From Anaerolineae bacterium (GTDB lineage Bacteria; Chloroflexota; Anaerolineae; JAFGEY01), in assembly GCA_016783145.1 (NCBI GenBank), contig JADHXD010000003.1, positions 6,437 to 70,436 on the forward strand: a stretch of 64,000 nucleotides of DNA, in the 5' to 3' direction. Of this stretch, positions 30,173 through 40,951 are shown in pieces. Positions within the stretch are counted from its first letter, which is position 1; the number at the start of each line of letters is the position of its first letter. The translations under genes and the position numbers were made by a program. The notes beneath the pieces were generated by a model. The model worked only from the letters and a program-made list of their open reading frames with translations, did not search any database and was not told where the DNA came from.

Positions 30173-30196
30173 GGCTGCGACCGAGCAAGCCCTCTG

Positions 30197-30342
30197 CGAG
30201 GATCTACGCCCGCCGGTGTCGCACAGGCCCCCTTCGAGGATCTACGCGCGCCGGTGTCGCACAGGCCCCCTTCGAGGATCTACGCGCGCCGGTGTCGCAC
30301 AGGCCCCCTTCGAGGATCTACGCGCGCCGGTGTCGCACAGGC
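30197..30342. repeat. 38-bp tandem repeat, about 3.8 copies, no spacers
   Basis: Unit CGAGGATCTACGCGCGCCGGTGTCGCACAGGCCCCCTT starting at 30197, 30235, 30273 and 30311. Confidence 0.92.
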
Positions 30343-30694
30343 GAGCCGCTTGCCCTGTCCCGTCTGGGCCAGGACGGGGTTCTACGGTCCAGAGAGCCGC
30401 TTGCACAACTTCTGCAAATTCGTCGATCTGTGGTACAATCGGCTATCTGCGCCGCTTGCCACGGCGCTCGCCTCCGGTACGAGCGGCGCAAGCGTATGGA
30501 AAGCGACATCCAGCCGTCCGGTTTGGTAAGGAAAACGCGAGTACAGTAGTCAGGATAGCGAAGGCGTGTACGAGGGCCATGCGGGTGCCCACCAGGAGAG
30601 AGCGGAGAACACCGTCAGCCGGGCGCTGTGTCCGATCGCGACGGGCAGTGCCCGTCGACCCTCCGGGTCTGTACGTGCAGAGGATTAGCGCTGA

Positions 30695-31849
30695 ATGAGC
30701 GTTCAGTTCGAGTGGCAAGCCGGCAACGAAGACGGGCGATGGGAGGTGATCGCCAAGACGGGGCCGCGTCCCAAGCGAAAATGGTTCAGGTGGGTATTGG
30801 GAGCGGTGCTGGTCTTGATCGTCGTCACAGGCGTAGGAGGGTATCTCCTTGCCCGCCGCCGCTATGCCCAGGCTGTTGGCCAAGCCACGTTTCAGGTCCA
30901 GAGCGTGATCGATCTGGAAGCGCGCGCGTTTCAAGAGGGGAACAAGATCCTCTACCTAGAGCAGCAGGACAGCGCATCGCCCGATTGGTATGCCCGGCAG
31001 CAGCGGCGCGTCAGCGAGGACTGCGAGCGATCTCGCAGCGGAGACAGCCTGGGCTCGATCGACGATGGCTGCTTCCCGGTGCTGCCTGCCAAGATCCAGC
31101 ACATTGACCTACGAGATGACGTGGCCTGGGCGGAGGTGATCGAAGGCCAGTCGCCTGTGCGGCGAGTGCGGTTCTATCGTCGCACAGACCTGGGATGGAA
31201 GCACACCGCCCCTCGCGACGAGTTTTGGAACGTCGCCATCGAGCTGCACTATGGCGATTTGCTGGCTCGATATCATCGACGAGACGCTCCCGACATCGAT
31301 CTTTTGATCGAGCACATCTATCAAGTATACGACGATGTGTGTACCCAGATCGAGTGCCCAGCGGACAACCGCACCCTGACCGTGAACTTTGTCACTCAGG
31401 TACCCGGCCTCGAGGGAACAGGTGAACTGCCTCGCCTGGACGGGAGCCAGTTGTTCCTACCCTCTCCTTGGCTATCCGGCCTTCCGGTCGGCGAGACGTG
31501 GGATGCGTCCTATCTCCAGGAACTAACGCACTGGGCAGCGTATGCGGCAGCCGCCAAAGCCATCCGCACAGACCCCGATCAGAAGCTGAGCGTGCTCCAG
31601 CAGGTGATCCTGGACGAGTATACGGTCTGGTACAGCGAGCGAGAGGAGGCCGACGCGGCCCTCCTCAAGCGGATCGTCCAACTCCACGGCGCAGACGCGC
31701 TGCCAGAGGTATTCCGCTGGATCAGAGATACGCAGGGCACTCAAAACCTGCGCACGTTCACGAACCGTTGGCTTTCTCCGCCGTCGATCGGCGCAGAGAA
31801 GGCCCCGCACGCAGTTTCAGCGCCCCTGGGCACGCACCCGCTCTCCTAG
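30695..31849 (+). CDS. Hypothetical single-pass membrane protein with a large extracytoplasmic domain
   Basis: 384-aa ORF; TM WVLGAVLVLIVVTGVGGYLL after a basic stretch. Confidence 0.7.
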   Translation: MSVQFEWQAGNEDGRWEVIAKTGPRPKRKWFRWVLGAVLVLIVVTGVGGYLLARRRYAQAVGQATFQVQSVIDLEARAFQEGNKILYLEQQDSASPDWYARQQRRVSEDCERSRSGDSLGSIDDGCFPVLPAKIQHIDLRDDVAWAEVIEGQSPVRRVRFYRRTDLGWKHTAPRDEFWNVAIELHYGDLLARYHRRDAPDIDLLIEHIYQVYDDVCTQIECPADNRTLTVNFVTQVPGLEGTGELPRLDGSQLFLPSPWLSGLPVGETWDASYLQELTHWAAYAAAAKAIRTDPDQKLSVLQQVILDEYTVWYSEREEADAALLKRIVQLHGADALPEVFRWIRDTQGTQNLRTFTNRWLSPPSIGAEKAPHAVSAPLGTHPLS

Positions 31850-31862
31850 CGCAAGCTACCCC

Positions 31863-32570
31863 GTGGAGTACCCGCCTACGGATCTATCCAGGAGGTCCGC
31901 CACGATCGTATACGACATCCAGCACTTGACCAAGGCGTATGCCGGGCAGACACGCCCGGCCAACAAGGACATCACCCTGCAGATCGATCAGGGTGAGATC
32001 TTTGGGCTGCTGGGGGAGAACGGAGCGGGCAAGACAACGCTGGTCCGACAGATGGTCAATCTGCTGCGCAGCACCTCGGGCAGCATTGTCCTGTTCGGAA
32101 AGCCGATCGACCAGGATGCCCTCCACGTCCCGCTGAATGTCGGATACATGCCCCAGGAAACGCACGCCCTGAACGTGCTCACGGTGGGCGAGGCCCTCTT
32201 TTTCACCGCACACTTCCATCTGAACCCAATCTTCTTCCTGGTCATGCCTCTATGTGCCGTCTCCCTGTCGGGCATCGGCGCGCTGATCGGCGTGCGCGCG
32301 CGCACTCCGCAAGAGGCCGATGCGCTGAACCTGTTCCTCACGTTGGTCATGGCCGGCCTTGGGCCAGTGGTGATCCCTCCCGATCGCCTGCCGCGCATCC
32401 TGCTGGTGCTGGGGCGCTTCAGCCCGGCGACCTATGCCGCATCCGCCTTCCGGCAGGCACTGCTCGGCCCCCTTACCGGACAGATCCTCGTGGACCTTGG
32501 CGTCTTGACGGCGATGTCGGCCGCCGTGTTTTGGCTGGTAGGGCGCAAGATGGACTGGCGGCAACACTGA
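31863..32570 (+). pseudogene. Deletion fusion of an ABC ATPase N-terminus and an ABC-2 permease C-terminus
   Basis: Walker A GENGAGKTT and Q-loop YMPQ, then an abrupt switch near 32213 to permease helices (SPATYA...LLGP); no LSGGQ, Walker B or H-loop; AGGAGG precedes ACG (31902) rather than ATG. Confidence 0.75.
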
Positions 32571-32676
32571 GATCGCTGTGCTCGGCACAGAACTCGCGCG
32601 GCTAAATCTGCGTCTAGCGGCAAATATCTGGAATACCGAAAGATACTCTAAATCAGATAGACCAGTTGCTCGTTCT

Positions 32677-32705
32677 TTGGTCTCCCCTGCATTCAGTGGT
32701 ATAAT
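32677..32705 (+). promoter_or_regulatory. Promoter for dnaE
   Basis: TTGGTC-17 nt-TATAAT with TG extension. Confidence 0.6.
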
Positions 32706-32772
32706 TCCTTTAGAACAATTGTTTGGAAACCCCGTTCTGATTTCCGTCGCCACGCACCTGGGGAGCACGTTG

Positions 32773-35700
32773 ATGTCCAACTTTGTACATCTGCACATTC
32801 ATAGCGAGTTCTCGCTGCTCGATGGCTTGAGCCGGGTCAGCGACCTGGCCAAGCGAGCCAAAGAGCTGAAGATGCCGGCCATTGCCCTCACCGATCACGG
32901 GGTGATGTACGGCATCATCGACTTTGTGCGTGCCTGCAGGGATGAGGGTGTCAAGCCGATCGCCGGCATCGAGATCTATATCGCTCCCAGGCGAATGACG
33001 GATCGCGACCCGCAGAAAGACAGAAATCCGTATCACCTGGTGCTGCTGGCTGAGAACCAAACCGGCTACCAGAACCTGCTTCAGATCGCCACGGCTGCGC
33101 AGTTGGAGGGCTTTTACTACAAGCCGCGCGTCGATAAGCCTTTTCTGGCAAAGCATGCGGAGGGCATCATTGCCCTGAGTTCGTGCAATTCTGGCGAGAT
33201 CCCACGTCACATCCTGGATGGCAACCTGAAACGGGCGAAACGGGCTGCGCAGTGGTACCGCGAGACCTTTGGCCCGGACAGCTTTTTCATCGAGATCCAG
33301 AACCATGAAGGGATACCAGAAACCGCAGAACTGAACCGGGGCCTGGTCGCTCTGGCGCGCGAGCTAGACATCGGCTTGGTGGCTACCAATGACGCACACT
33401 ATGTGCGCGCAGAGGACGCCGACGCCCAAGACATCCTGCTCTGCATTCAGACCGGCAAGGTGCGAGCCGACCCAGAGCGGATGCGGATGACAGACAGCGG
33501 CTACTATGTCAAGACCGCCGAGGAAATGGCCGCTCTCTTTCCAGAGTGGCCAGACGCCCTAGAGAACACCGTGCGCATCGCGGCGCGCTGCGAGGTAAAA
33601 GTCGAGAGTGACGAATACCACCTGCCCGTCTTTCCTGTACCCGACGGGCATACCCCAGAGACTTATCTGCGAGAGCTGACCGAAGAGGGGTTCCGCAGAA
33701 GGTATCCCGAAGCCGACGAGGAGCTGCGGCGGCGCCTTGACTATGAGCTGGCCGTGATCCACGATATGGGCTTTGACACCTACTTTCTCATCCTCTGGGA
33801 CCTGTGCGAGTATGCGATCGAGCATGACATCTGGTGGAACGTGCGTGGCTCAGGCACGGGCTCGGTGGTCGCCTATTCGTTGGGCATCACCCGCCTTGAC
33901 CCGCTGTCACAAGATCTGATCTTTGAGCGCTTTCTCAACCCCGAGCGGGTGACCATGCCGGACGTGGACCTCGACTATCCCGACGATCGCCGCCAGGAAC
34001 TCATCGACTATACACGAGCCAAGTACGGCGTCGACAAGGTCGCCAATATCATCACCTTTGGAACGCTCGGTGCGCGTGCCGCTGTGCGCGATGTAGGGCG
34101 CACCCTGGACATCCCGCTCAACGAAGTAGACCAGGTCGCCAAGCTGGTGCCCAGCGGCCCCAAGGTGCACCTCAAAGACGCCTTTGACGGCTCCGAGTTC
34201 AGGACACTGTACGATTCGCAGGCTTACATCCGCGAATGGATCGACATGGCGTCCAAGGTGGAGGGCATCGCCCGACACGCCAGCGTCCACGCAGCAGGCA
34301 TCGTCATCACCGACAAGCCGATGGTTGAGTACATCCCCCTGGCGCGTGCGCCCAAGGGGGACTCAGATATGGCTGTCACCCAATTCCCGATGACCGTCGT
34401 GGAGAGCATCGGACTGCTCAAGCTCGACTTTTTGGGCCTGGCCACACTGACCCAGATGCGCAAGGCGGCGGAACTGATCGAGGCCCGGCACGGCGTTCAG
34501 TACACCCTCGACGATATCCCCACAGACGATCCGTGTATCTTTGATCTGTTGACCAACGGAGAGGTCGTGGGCGTGTTCCAGGTCGAGAGCGGCGGGATGA
34601 AAAAGACACTGGCTCAGATGCGCCCCACCTCCCTGGAAGACATCATCGCCGTTGTCTCCCTCTATCGCCCCGGGCCTATGCAGTTCATCGACACGTACTG
34701 CAGGCGGAAACATGGCGAGGAAGAGATCGAGTACATTCACCCGGCCCTGGAACCGATCCTCAACGAGACCTACGGGGTGATTGTCTACCAGGAACAGATT
34801 ATCCGCATTATGCGAGACCTGGCCGGCTATTCTGGCGGCCAGGCCGATGTGATCCGCCGCGCCATCTCCAAGAAATACGACAAACTCATCGCCGAGCACC
34901 GGATCAAGTTCAGGGAAGGCTGCGAAACGAACCACATCCCGGGCAACAAGGCCGACGAGATCTATGCTTCGATCGAGTACTTTGCGAACTATGGTTTCAA
35001 CAAGGCGCATGCGGCAGACTATGCGGTGATCACCTGCCAAACCGCCTACCTCAAAGCCAAGTACCCGGTAGAGTATATGACGGCCCTGCTTACCGTGGAA
35101 AAAGACAACACGGACAAAGTCTCGGTATTCCTATCCGAGTGCCGTCGCCTGGGGATTGCCATCCTGCCGCCCGACGTCAATGCCAGCGATGTGGACTTTA
35201 CGATCGAAGAGGCCCCGCCAGACCAGCAAGCACGACATCACGTCGAGAGCGTGTGCGCCGTCGGCAGCGGCGCGATCCGCTTTGGGCTGGGTGGGATCAA
35301 GAACGTCAGCGCGACGGCGGTAGAAGAGATCATCCGGGCTCGCGATCAGGGAGGGCGGTTCGTCAGCCTGGACGATTTCTGCGAGCGCGTCGATCTGCGT
35401 CGCATCAACCGCCGGATGCTAGAATGCATGATCAAAGTGGGAGCCTTGGATCAGTTCGGTGCGCGCGTCCAGCTTCTAGCCGCCCTGGACCAGATGCTGT
35501 CCATCAGCGCTCAGGTTCACCAGGCACAAGAAGTGGGCCAGTTGATGATGTTTGACATGCTGCGCGACGAGGACAGAAACGGCCAGGGCAGCATTGTACT
35601 TCCGGAAGAGGCTCCGATCTCGCGCAAAGAGATGTTGAACTGGGAGAAAGAGCTGGTCGGCTTTTACGTCTCCGAGCACCCACTGAACCAGGTCGCCGTC

Positions 35701-36417
35701 GATCTGCAGAACACGGTTTCTTGTTTCTGCGGCGAGATCACCGAAGAGATGAACGGTCAGACCGTGGTCGTTGCTGGCATCGTGGAGTGGGTTCGCCCTC
35801 ACGTCACCAAAAAGGGAGACCCGATGGCTTTCGTACACCTCGAAGACATCCAGGGCAGTATCGAGGTCGTCGTGTTTCCACGCATCTATGCAGCCACGCG
35901 CGATCTGTGGCAGCCGGACAAGATCCTCATCGTCCGAGGCAGAGTGGATGGAGCAAGTCGAGAACCCAAGATCCTCTGCGAGTCGGCCCAAGACTATGTG
36001 ATGATCGCCCGGCCGGTCGAGCAGGAGCATTCTTCTCCGGCTGCAGGACCCCACGCGCAGGCTGTGCAGGAAGGCGCGCTGCCGTACTCCTCAAGCGCCG
36101 ATGAGGTGCCCGGACATGTGCCAGTCGAAGCAAACGGAGCCAATGGCTCCAGAGGCAATGGATCCGACCAGCCCGCCCAACGACATCTCTACATCAGCAT
36201 CCAGCGAACGGGCAATCAGGAACAAGACAAGCGACAAGTGGGCGAGGTATACAGTCTGCTGGAGCGCTATCCCGGCGATGACCGGTTTACCTTCTTTGTG
36301 CTCAACGGCAATCAGCAGGTCCAGATCGATTTTCCAAACGCGACGACCAGCTATACCTATGAACTGGTCCAGTCCCTCAGGGCGATGCTCGGCCGGGACG
36401 CGCTGCAACTGAGCTGA
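32773..36417 (+). CDS. dnaE: DNA polymerase III alpha subunit
   Basis: FVHLHIHSEFSLLDG PHP domain, RGSG, MPDVDLD, KLDFLGL, YGFNKAH, OB fold; ATG at 32773. Confidence 0.97.
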   Translation: MSNFVHLHIHSEFSLLDGLSRVSDLAKRAKELKMPAIALTDHGVMYGIIDFVRACRDEGVKPIAGIEIYIAPRRMTDRDPQKDRNPYHLVLLAENQTGYQNLLQIATAAQLEGFYYKPRVDKPFLAKHAEGIIALSSCNSGEIPRHILDGNLKRAKRAAQWYRETFGPDSFFIEIQNHEGIPETAELNRGLVALARELDIGLVATNDAHYVRAEDADAQDILLCIQTGKVRADPERMRMTDSGYYVKTAEEMAALFPEWPDALENTVRIAARCEVKVESDEYHLPVFPVPDGHTPETYLRELTEEGFRRRYPEADEELRRRLDYELAVIHDMGFDTYFLILWDLCEYAIEHDIWWNVRGSGTGSVVAYSLGITRLDPLSQDLIFERFLNPERVTMPDVDLDYPDDRRQELIDYTRAKYGVDKVANIITFGTLGARAAVRDVGRTLDIPLNEVDQVAKLVPSGPKVHLKDAFDGSEFRTLYDSQAYIREWIDMASKVEGIARHASVHAAGIVITDKPMVEYIPLARAPKGDSDMAVTQFPMTVVESIGLLKLDFLGLATLTQMRKAAELIEARHGVQYTLDDIPTDDPCIFDLLTNGEVVGVFQVESGGMKKTLAQMRPTSLEDIIAVVSLYRPGPMQFIDTYCRRKHGEEEIEYIHPALEPILNETYGVIVYQEQIIRIMRDLAGYSGGQADVIRRAISKKYDKLIAEHRIKFREGCETNHIPGNKADEIYASIEYFANYGFNKAHAADYAVITCQTAYLKAKYPVEYMTALLTVEKDNTDKVSVFLSECRRLGIAILPPDVNASDVDFTIEEAPPDQQARHHVESVCAVGSGAIRFGLGGIKNVSATAVEEIIRARDQGGRFVSLDDFCERVDLRRINRRMLECMIKVGALDQFGARVQLLAALDQMLSISAQVHQAQEVGQLMMFDMLRDEDRNGQGSIVLPEEAPISRKEMLNWEKELVGFYVSEHPLNQVAVDLQNTVSCFCGEITEEMNGQTVVVAGIVEWVRPHVTKKGDPMAFVHLEDIQGSIEVVVFPRIYAATRDLWQPDKILIVRGRVDGASREPKILCESAQDYVMIARPVEQEHSSPAAGPHAQAVQEGALPYSSSADEVPGHVPVEANGANGSRGNGSDQPAQRHLYISIQRTGNQEQDKRQVGEVYSLLERYPGDDRFTFFVLNGNQQVQIDFPNATTSYTYELVQSLRAMLGRDALQLS

Positions 36418-36438
36418 ACCGTTTGAGAACAGGTGCGT

Positions 36439-39249
36439 TTATTCCCGGTCTCCCATACGCAGGGCCTGAAAGACACCACCCCGCAGGGCCGCAACGATAA
36501 CCACTAGTTGAGCGACGACCAAGGTAATGGTAAAGGCTCCCGAGATCTGGCCGATCTCTGTCCAGGCGATCATCGGCAGCAGGGTCGGCGGGTTGAGGAT
36601 GTTCTTATCCGCGGCCTGGAAGAAGGGAATGAACAGCTCGGATGCCCAGACGCCGATCACCGCGCCTCCGGCTACGCTGTAGACCATCAGTACCAGATAC
36701 TCGATGGCAACCTGGCTGATGACCTGCAGGAGCGAGAGCCCCACCGCGCGCAAGATGGTGAAGCGAAAGAGTCGTTCTTGCAGTGAAGCATAGTTGTACA
36801 CCAGCAGCCCAACCCCCGACAGAACCGCTGCAGCCAGGAAACCGATGGACAGTGTGCCAAAGATGCCGACGCGCTCGACTCTGGATTGTTCCTCCGCGAT
36901 CAGGTCCCGCGTGTCCACCCAGCGACTGATAAAGACGCCCATCCCTTCTACGCTCTCGATCATGACCTCCTGGTCCACCTCCGGTCTGATCTTGAGCCAG
37001 ATGTTGTGAAGCAGCGTGGCCCCGATCTGCTCAAACAAAAAGTCCAGGTTACCGATGATCGCCGTCCGCCCTTCTGCCTCCTCATAGACCATGGGAAAGT
37101 ACTCGTACGTACCGGCGATCGTGAAATCGGTCTCCAGAGGCACATCGGCTACGTTCACGCGGACATGAACCTTGTCTCCGACCTCAAATTCACCGCGCTC
37201 CAGAACTCGTCTGGAGAGAAGCACAGCATCCTCCCGCTGCGCAAGCTGGTTCATCATCTCGCCCAGAGAAACGGGTCCAAAGTCGTTGCGGAAGAACATC
37301 AGCCTGGGTGCGTCGAGGCGATCCAGGCCAATGAAGGTGCCTCGCAGCGTCCGCCGATCTCCCATCGAGATCGTGGCCGGGTACATCCCCACCCGGCTTG
37401 CATCCGTCACACCCGGCACGTCCAGATAGCTGTCAACCGGCAGGACCCAGGCACCCTCCGTCGGGGATACCGTCTCATCATCCGGATTGATCGTTTGCCT
37501 GATCAAGACATCAGAGCCAACAGCATAGAAGACCTGATCGATCAGCCAACGGTCCAGGCTGAAAGCCATCGAGGCCATAAACGCCCCCAGGCTCAAGGAG
37601 GTGATGACGAGCAAGAGCGCGCTGGTATACTGGTTGCTCTGGCGCGAGAGCTGGCGGAAGGCAAGGTAGGACGTGGCCTGCCGCCCCAGGGAACTGAGCA
37701 GATCACCGATGCGCATCAAGATCGGGAACAAGCGCACCAGCAACAGGGAGAAAGCCAGTGTGAACAGGGCAGGAACCAGGAACATCAGTGGATCCTGGCT
37801 GCTTGAGGCGCCTTCTTCCACCACCGCCTCAGGAACGAGCGTGCCCTTGTCTGCAAGCTGGCGATACGCATACGCCACAGGGACCAAAAGCAAGAAATCC
37901 AGGTAGAAGCGCTGCCAGAACGGCTTTTCGGGTGCGCGCGCCCGTCTTCGCTCGTGTGTGACCACGCTGGTTCGCGCGGCGCGCAGTGTGGGCAAGAGCC
38001 GGGCCAGGAACGTGGCTCCTACGGCGGCGATGACCATGGGGACATTGAACGATGTCGGCGAGACCGGAAGCGGTTCTCGCCACACAAAGGACATAAAGCT
38101 CTGAGTGAACCCCATCAATTGAGCCAGTTGGATGCCGGACAGGATGCCCAAGGGACAGCCAATCCCGACCAGGATCACGGCCTCGATCAGTCCCACAGCC
38201 AACAACTGCCCGCTGCGCATCCCGCGGCTGACCATCACCGCCGTTTCCCTCTGCTGCCAGCGGATTGTGATCGTCGAGATCAGGGTCAAAAAGTACAGCA
38301 AGAAGGCGATCAGAGGTACACTGAAGACGAACAGAAGCACGGTCAGGTTCCCCTGGCGGGTGATCGAAGTATCCAGCGCTTCCGTGGGTGAGCTGTCAAT
38401 GCGCGTGTCGGGCAGGTACTCGGAGATGATCTTGACCCCCATCTTGAGCCCGTCGGCATAGTCCTGCATCCGCTCTGGGAGGAGCCTGCTATCATCCAGG
38501 ACCAGATACCAGGACACAAAGCCTAGCTGTGCATCGAGCGCTGGCTCGACAAGAGTCTGGTAATCCCCTTCTTTCGCCAGAAGCACCCGGCGCAGGCTCA
38601 TATCGGGATTCTGAAACCAGTACACATCCGTTGGATCACTCGCTTGCCAGGTGCCCGCGATGCGAATGGGCACTGAAACCCCACGGCGCAGATCGCGCAC
38701 CTCGAGCTTTTCACCTGTGTGGATGCCCATATCATCGGCCACCGTTTTGTGCATCCACACATTCAGCTCGCCCTCCACTGCCGCCGCCGACTCCATAGAG
38801 TCGCCTTCGAGGATCGTCATATGCGGCGCGATGCCAGGCAGCACGGTCAGATTGCTCTCAGCCAGGAAGGTGTTAGGTTCTCCGTAGGGGGTGACCTCGT
38901 CTCGCGTGCGGATGATCACCCCTGTCGTCTCAATATGGCGGTTCTGACTGACCAGAGGTAGGCCCACCTGAGAGGTGAGCGCATCCTCGATGTAGCGGCC
39001 CAATTCTTCGGTTTCCGCGATAGAAAGGGTATACCGGGCAGAAGGAAGAACATAGACGCGCATGGAAAACAGTGGGCGCTTTGTCTTGGCGCTGATCTCT
39101 CCCAGCTCCTCGTGCAGCATGACAAAGCTGACCGCTTGTGAAAAGATCGGAATGGCGGTCACTAATCCGACGGCCAACACCACGCCTGCTATCGACAGGA
39201 GTGTCAGCCACAAGCGGTTCCACAACTGCTTCAACGCAACAAAGAGCAT
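36439..39249 (-). CDS. FtsX/MacB-like ABC transporter permease (two-module)
   Basis: Two TM bundles with large extracellular loops; QQRETAVMVSRG and FTILRAVG motifs. Confidence 0.85.
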   Translation of the reverse strand: MLFVALKQLWNRLWLTLLSIAGVVLAVGLVTAIPIFSQAVSFVMLHEELGEISAKTKRPLFSMRVYVLPSARYTLSIAETEELGRYIEDALTSQVGLPLVSQNRHIETTGVIIRTRDEVTPYGEPNTFLAESNLTVLPGIAPHMTILEGDSMESAAAVEGELNVWMHKTVADDMGIHTGEKLEVRDLRRGVSVPIRIAGTWQASDPTDVYWFQNPDMSLRRVLLAKEGDYQTLVEPALDAQLGFVSWYLVLDDSRLLPERMQDYADGLKMGVKIISEYLPDTRIDSSPTEALDTSITRQGNLTVLLFVFSVPLIAFLLYFLTLISTITIRWQQRETAVMVSRGMRSGQLLAVGLIEAVILVGIGCPLGILSGIQLAQLMGFTQSFMSFVWREPLPVSPTSFNVPMVIAAVGATFLARLLPTLRAARTSVVTHERRRARAPEKPFWQRFYLDFLLLVPVAYAYRQLADKGTLVPEAVVEEGASSSQDPLMFLVPALFTLAFSLLLVRLFPILMRIGDLLSSLGRQATSYLAFRQLSRQSNQYTSALLLVITSLSLGAFMASMAFSLDRWLIDQVFYAVGSDVLIRQTINPDDETVSPTEGAWVLPVDSYLDVPGVTDASRVGMYPATISMGDRRTLRGTFIGLDRLDAPRLMFFRNDFGPVSLGEMMNQLAQREDAVLLSRRVLERGEFEVGDKVHVRVNVADVPLETDFTIAGTYEYFPMVYEEAEGRTAIIGNLDFLFEQIGATLLHNIWLKIRPEVDQEVMIESVEGMGVFISRWVDTRDLIAEEQSRVERVGIFGTLSIGFLAAAVLSGVGLLVYNYASLQERLFRFTILRAVGLSLLQVISQVAIEYLVLMVYSVAGGAVIGVWASELFIPFFQAADKNILNPPTLLPMIAWTEIGQISGAFTITLVVAQLVVIVAALRGGVFQALRMGDRE

Positions 39250-39395
39250 ACCCGGCTCCTGACTGAAATGGAGGTCCGATCCGCGCGCTGCCTGCTAGAA
39301 CAGAACCCCACGGCGCGGCCGGTGACCAGCACGCACGCGACGCGCGTCCGGCATCTCAGAACGACCCAGAGGTCTTGGCGAGTGCACGAAGCTGC

Positions 39396-39424
39396 ATCAT
39401 ACTCCAGTAAGCATCTGTTGTCAA
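39396..39424 (-). promoter_or_regulatory. Sigma70 promoter for the permease
   Basis: TTGACA-17 nt-TATGAT. Confidence 0.7.
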
Positions 39425-39522
39425 ACTCATGCCCTCCTGGGCACCTTTCCGTCCTCCGCTTGGCGCCGCCTGTCCCTGGCTGCACATTCCTTTCGCAGGC
39501 GAAGGCCTCCTCCGCGGTGGCT

Positions 39523-39551
39523 TGGACAAACAGCAGGGGATGTGATAGAAT
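39523..39551 (+). promoter_or_regulatory. Orphan promoter-like element facing the 3' end of the MFS gene
   Basis: TGGACA-17 nt-TAGAAT with TG extension; no credible + strand gene downstream. Confidence 0.4.
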
Positions 39552-39594
39552 GGTGCCACGCTTGGAAACATATCACCAGCGCGAGCGGGGCGTA

Positions 39595-40887
39595 CTAGCC
39601 AGCCTCGGACAGCGCTTCCCGTTGACGCGGCTCGGGTAGGCCAAGCAGGAACGGCCAGGAGAGCAGGAGCCCGGCGATGGTGAGCGCAAAGAGAACGCTG
39701 TAGTTGTGGCCTGTCCACTGGAGGATCACACCCCCGAGCACAGAGAACAGCGTGCTCACGCCATTGAGGGTGTTGGTAAGCCCCACATAGGTGGGACGGT
39801 CGGCCTCCTGCGCCCATTCCAGGACATAGGTCATCCAGCCTGGGAGCATGCTGCTTCTGGCAGCGCTCAGACTCAGGAACACCAGGCCGTATCCCCAAGC
39901 CAATGCACCGTCGCTGGTGAACAGCCGAGGCACGAGCAAGGCGATCGCAGGAGTGGCGAGGTCTAGGCCAAGGCTGATCCCGATGACTTGCTTGCTGCCG
40001 AACTGCTCGTTGATCCAGCCAAAGACCACAGCCGCCAGAATGCTGCCCACAACGCCGATAGAGGTGTAGCGGCCCGCGACCTGCGCCGGCAGGTTCAGCT
40101 CTGCAATGGCAAATGTCATGTAAAAGGGAACCGCCAGCCCGCTGAGCCCACTGAGCTGCCGGGCGATAATGAAACGGCGAAATACGCGGTCGCGCTTGAG
40201 TACATCCCACAACTGCGGGGCAAATTCGCGCCAGCTTGGGACCTGGCGTGCAGGCACGCTCTCTGCTTCGACCGCCATTGCGATGGCGATGAACGACGCG
40301 ACCATCATCGCAAACCCCAACAGAAACAGGACCGCATAGTTGTTGGGGAAGGATGGCCCGCCTTCGCTTAGCGTCCATTCCACGATGCCGCCAGCCAGGA
40401 AGCTCAGAGTGCCGGAAAAGACCTGCCCGGTGCCGGTCAACCTTCCTCGACGGCGAGGGGGAATCACCTTGCTCAGCAGGTCAAACCAGGGGACGCTGGC
40501 TAGTCCATCTCCAACCCAGAAGCCGATCACGGCGAGCGCCGTGATCAACATGATCAGCCAGGTCGGCTGCGCGTGGGTGCTCCAGATCAGGACCGCCATG
40601 ACCAGCAGCAACGTCCGTCCCACCGCTGCCGGCCAGAGAATGTAGGGCTTTTTCCGCGGCTTGTCGGCCAGGTAGCGCGCGGCGATGAGTTGAGGCAGCA
40701 GCCAGCCAGCGTTTTGCAGGGATGACACCAGGCCGATAAAGGCCGAGGATGCCCCCAGCACGGTGAGAAAGCTGGGCAGAACGGTGCTCTGACTGACAAA
40801 AGCCATCCCAATGCCAAAGAACCCGAAATCAAAGACCAGCGCCCAAAAGTTGCGCCGGTAATTCGCGGGCAGTGCGGTTTCTGCCAT
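39595..40887 (-). CDS. MFS transporter
   Basis: About 12 hydrophobic segments; KVIPPRRRGR and GWINEQFGSK loop motifs. Confidence 0.88.
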   Translation of the reverse strand: MAETALPANYRRNFWALVFDFGFFGIGMAFVSQSTVLPSFLTVLGASSAFIGLVSSLQNAGWLLPQLIAARYLADKPRKKPYILWPAAVGRTLLLVMAVLIWSTHAQPTWLIMLITALAVIGFWVGDGLASVPWFDLLSKVIPPRRRGRLTGTGQVFSGTLSFLAGGIVEWTLSEGGPSFPNNYAVLFLLGFAMMVASFIAIAMAVEAESVPARQVPSWREFAPQLWDVLKRDRVFRRFIIARQLSGLSGLAVPFYMTFAIAELNLPAQVAGRYTSIGVVGSILAAVVFGWINEQFGSKQVIGISLGLDLATPAIALLVPRLFTSDGALAWGYGLVFLSLSAARSSMLPGWMTYVLEWAQEADRPTYVGLTNTLNGVSTLFSVLGGVILQWTGHNYSVLFALTIAGLLLSWPFLLGLPEPRQREALSEAG

Positions 40888-40951
40888 CGTATATCCTTTG
40901 AGTTGTACGATATCGAGGTGCAGGAAAGCGAACCCGATATGCCAAGGGACA

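Noticed and set aside
30197-30342. Possible CRISPR array (38-bp repeat)
   Set aside because: Units are head-to-tail with no unique spacers, and no cas genes are in the window
32773-36417. Intein or split in dnaE
   Set aside because: Length is typical and no intein terminal or LAGLIDADG motifs are seen; only short low-complexity insertions
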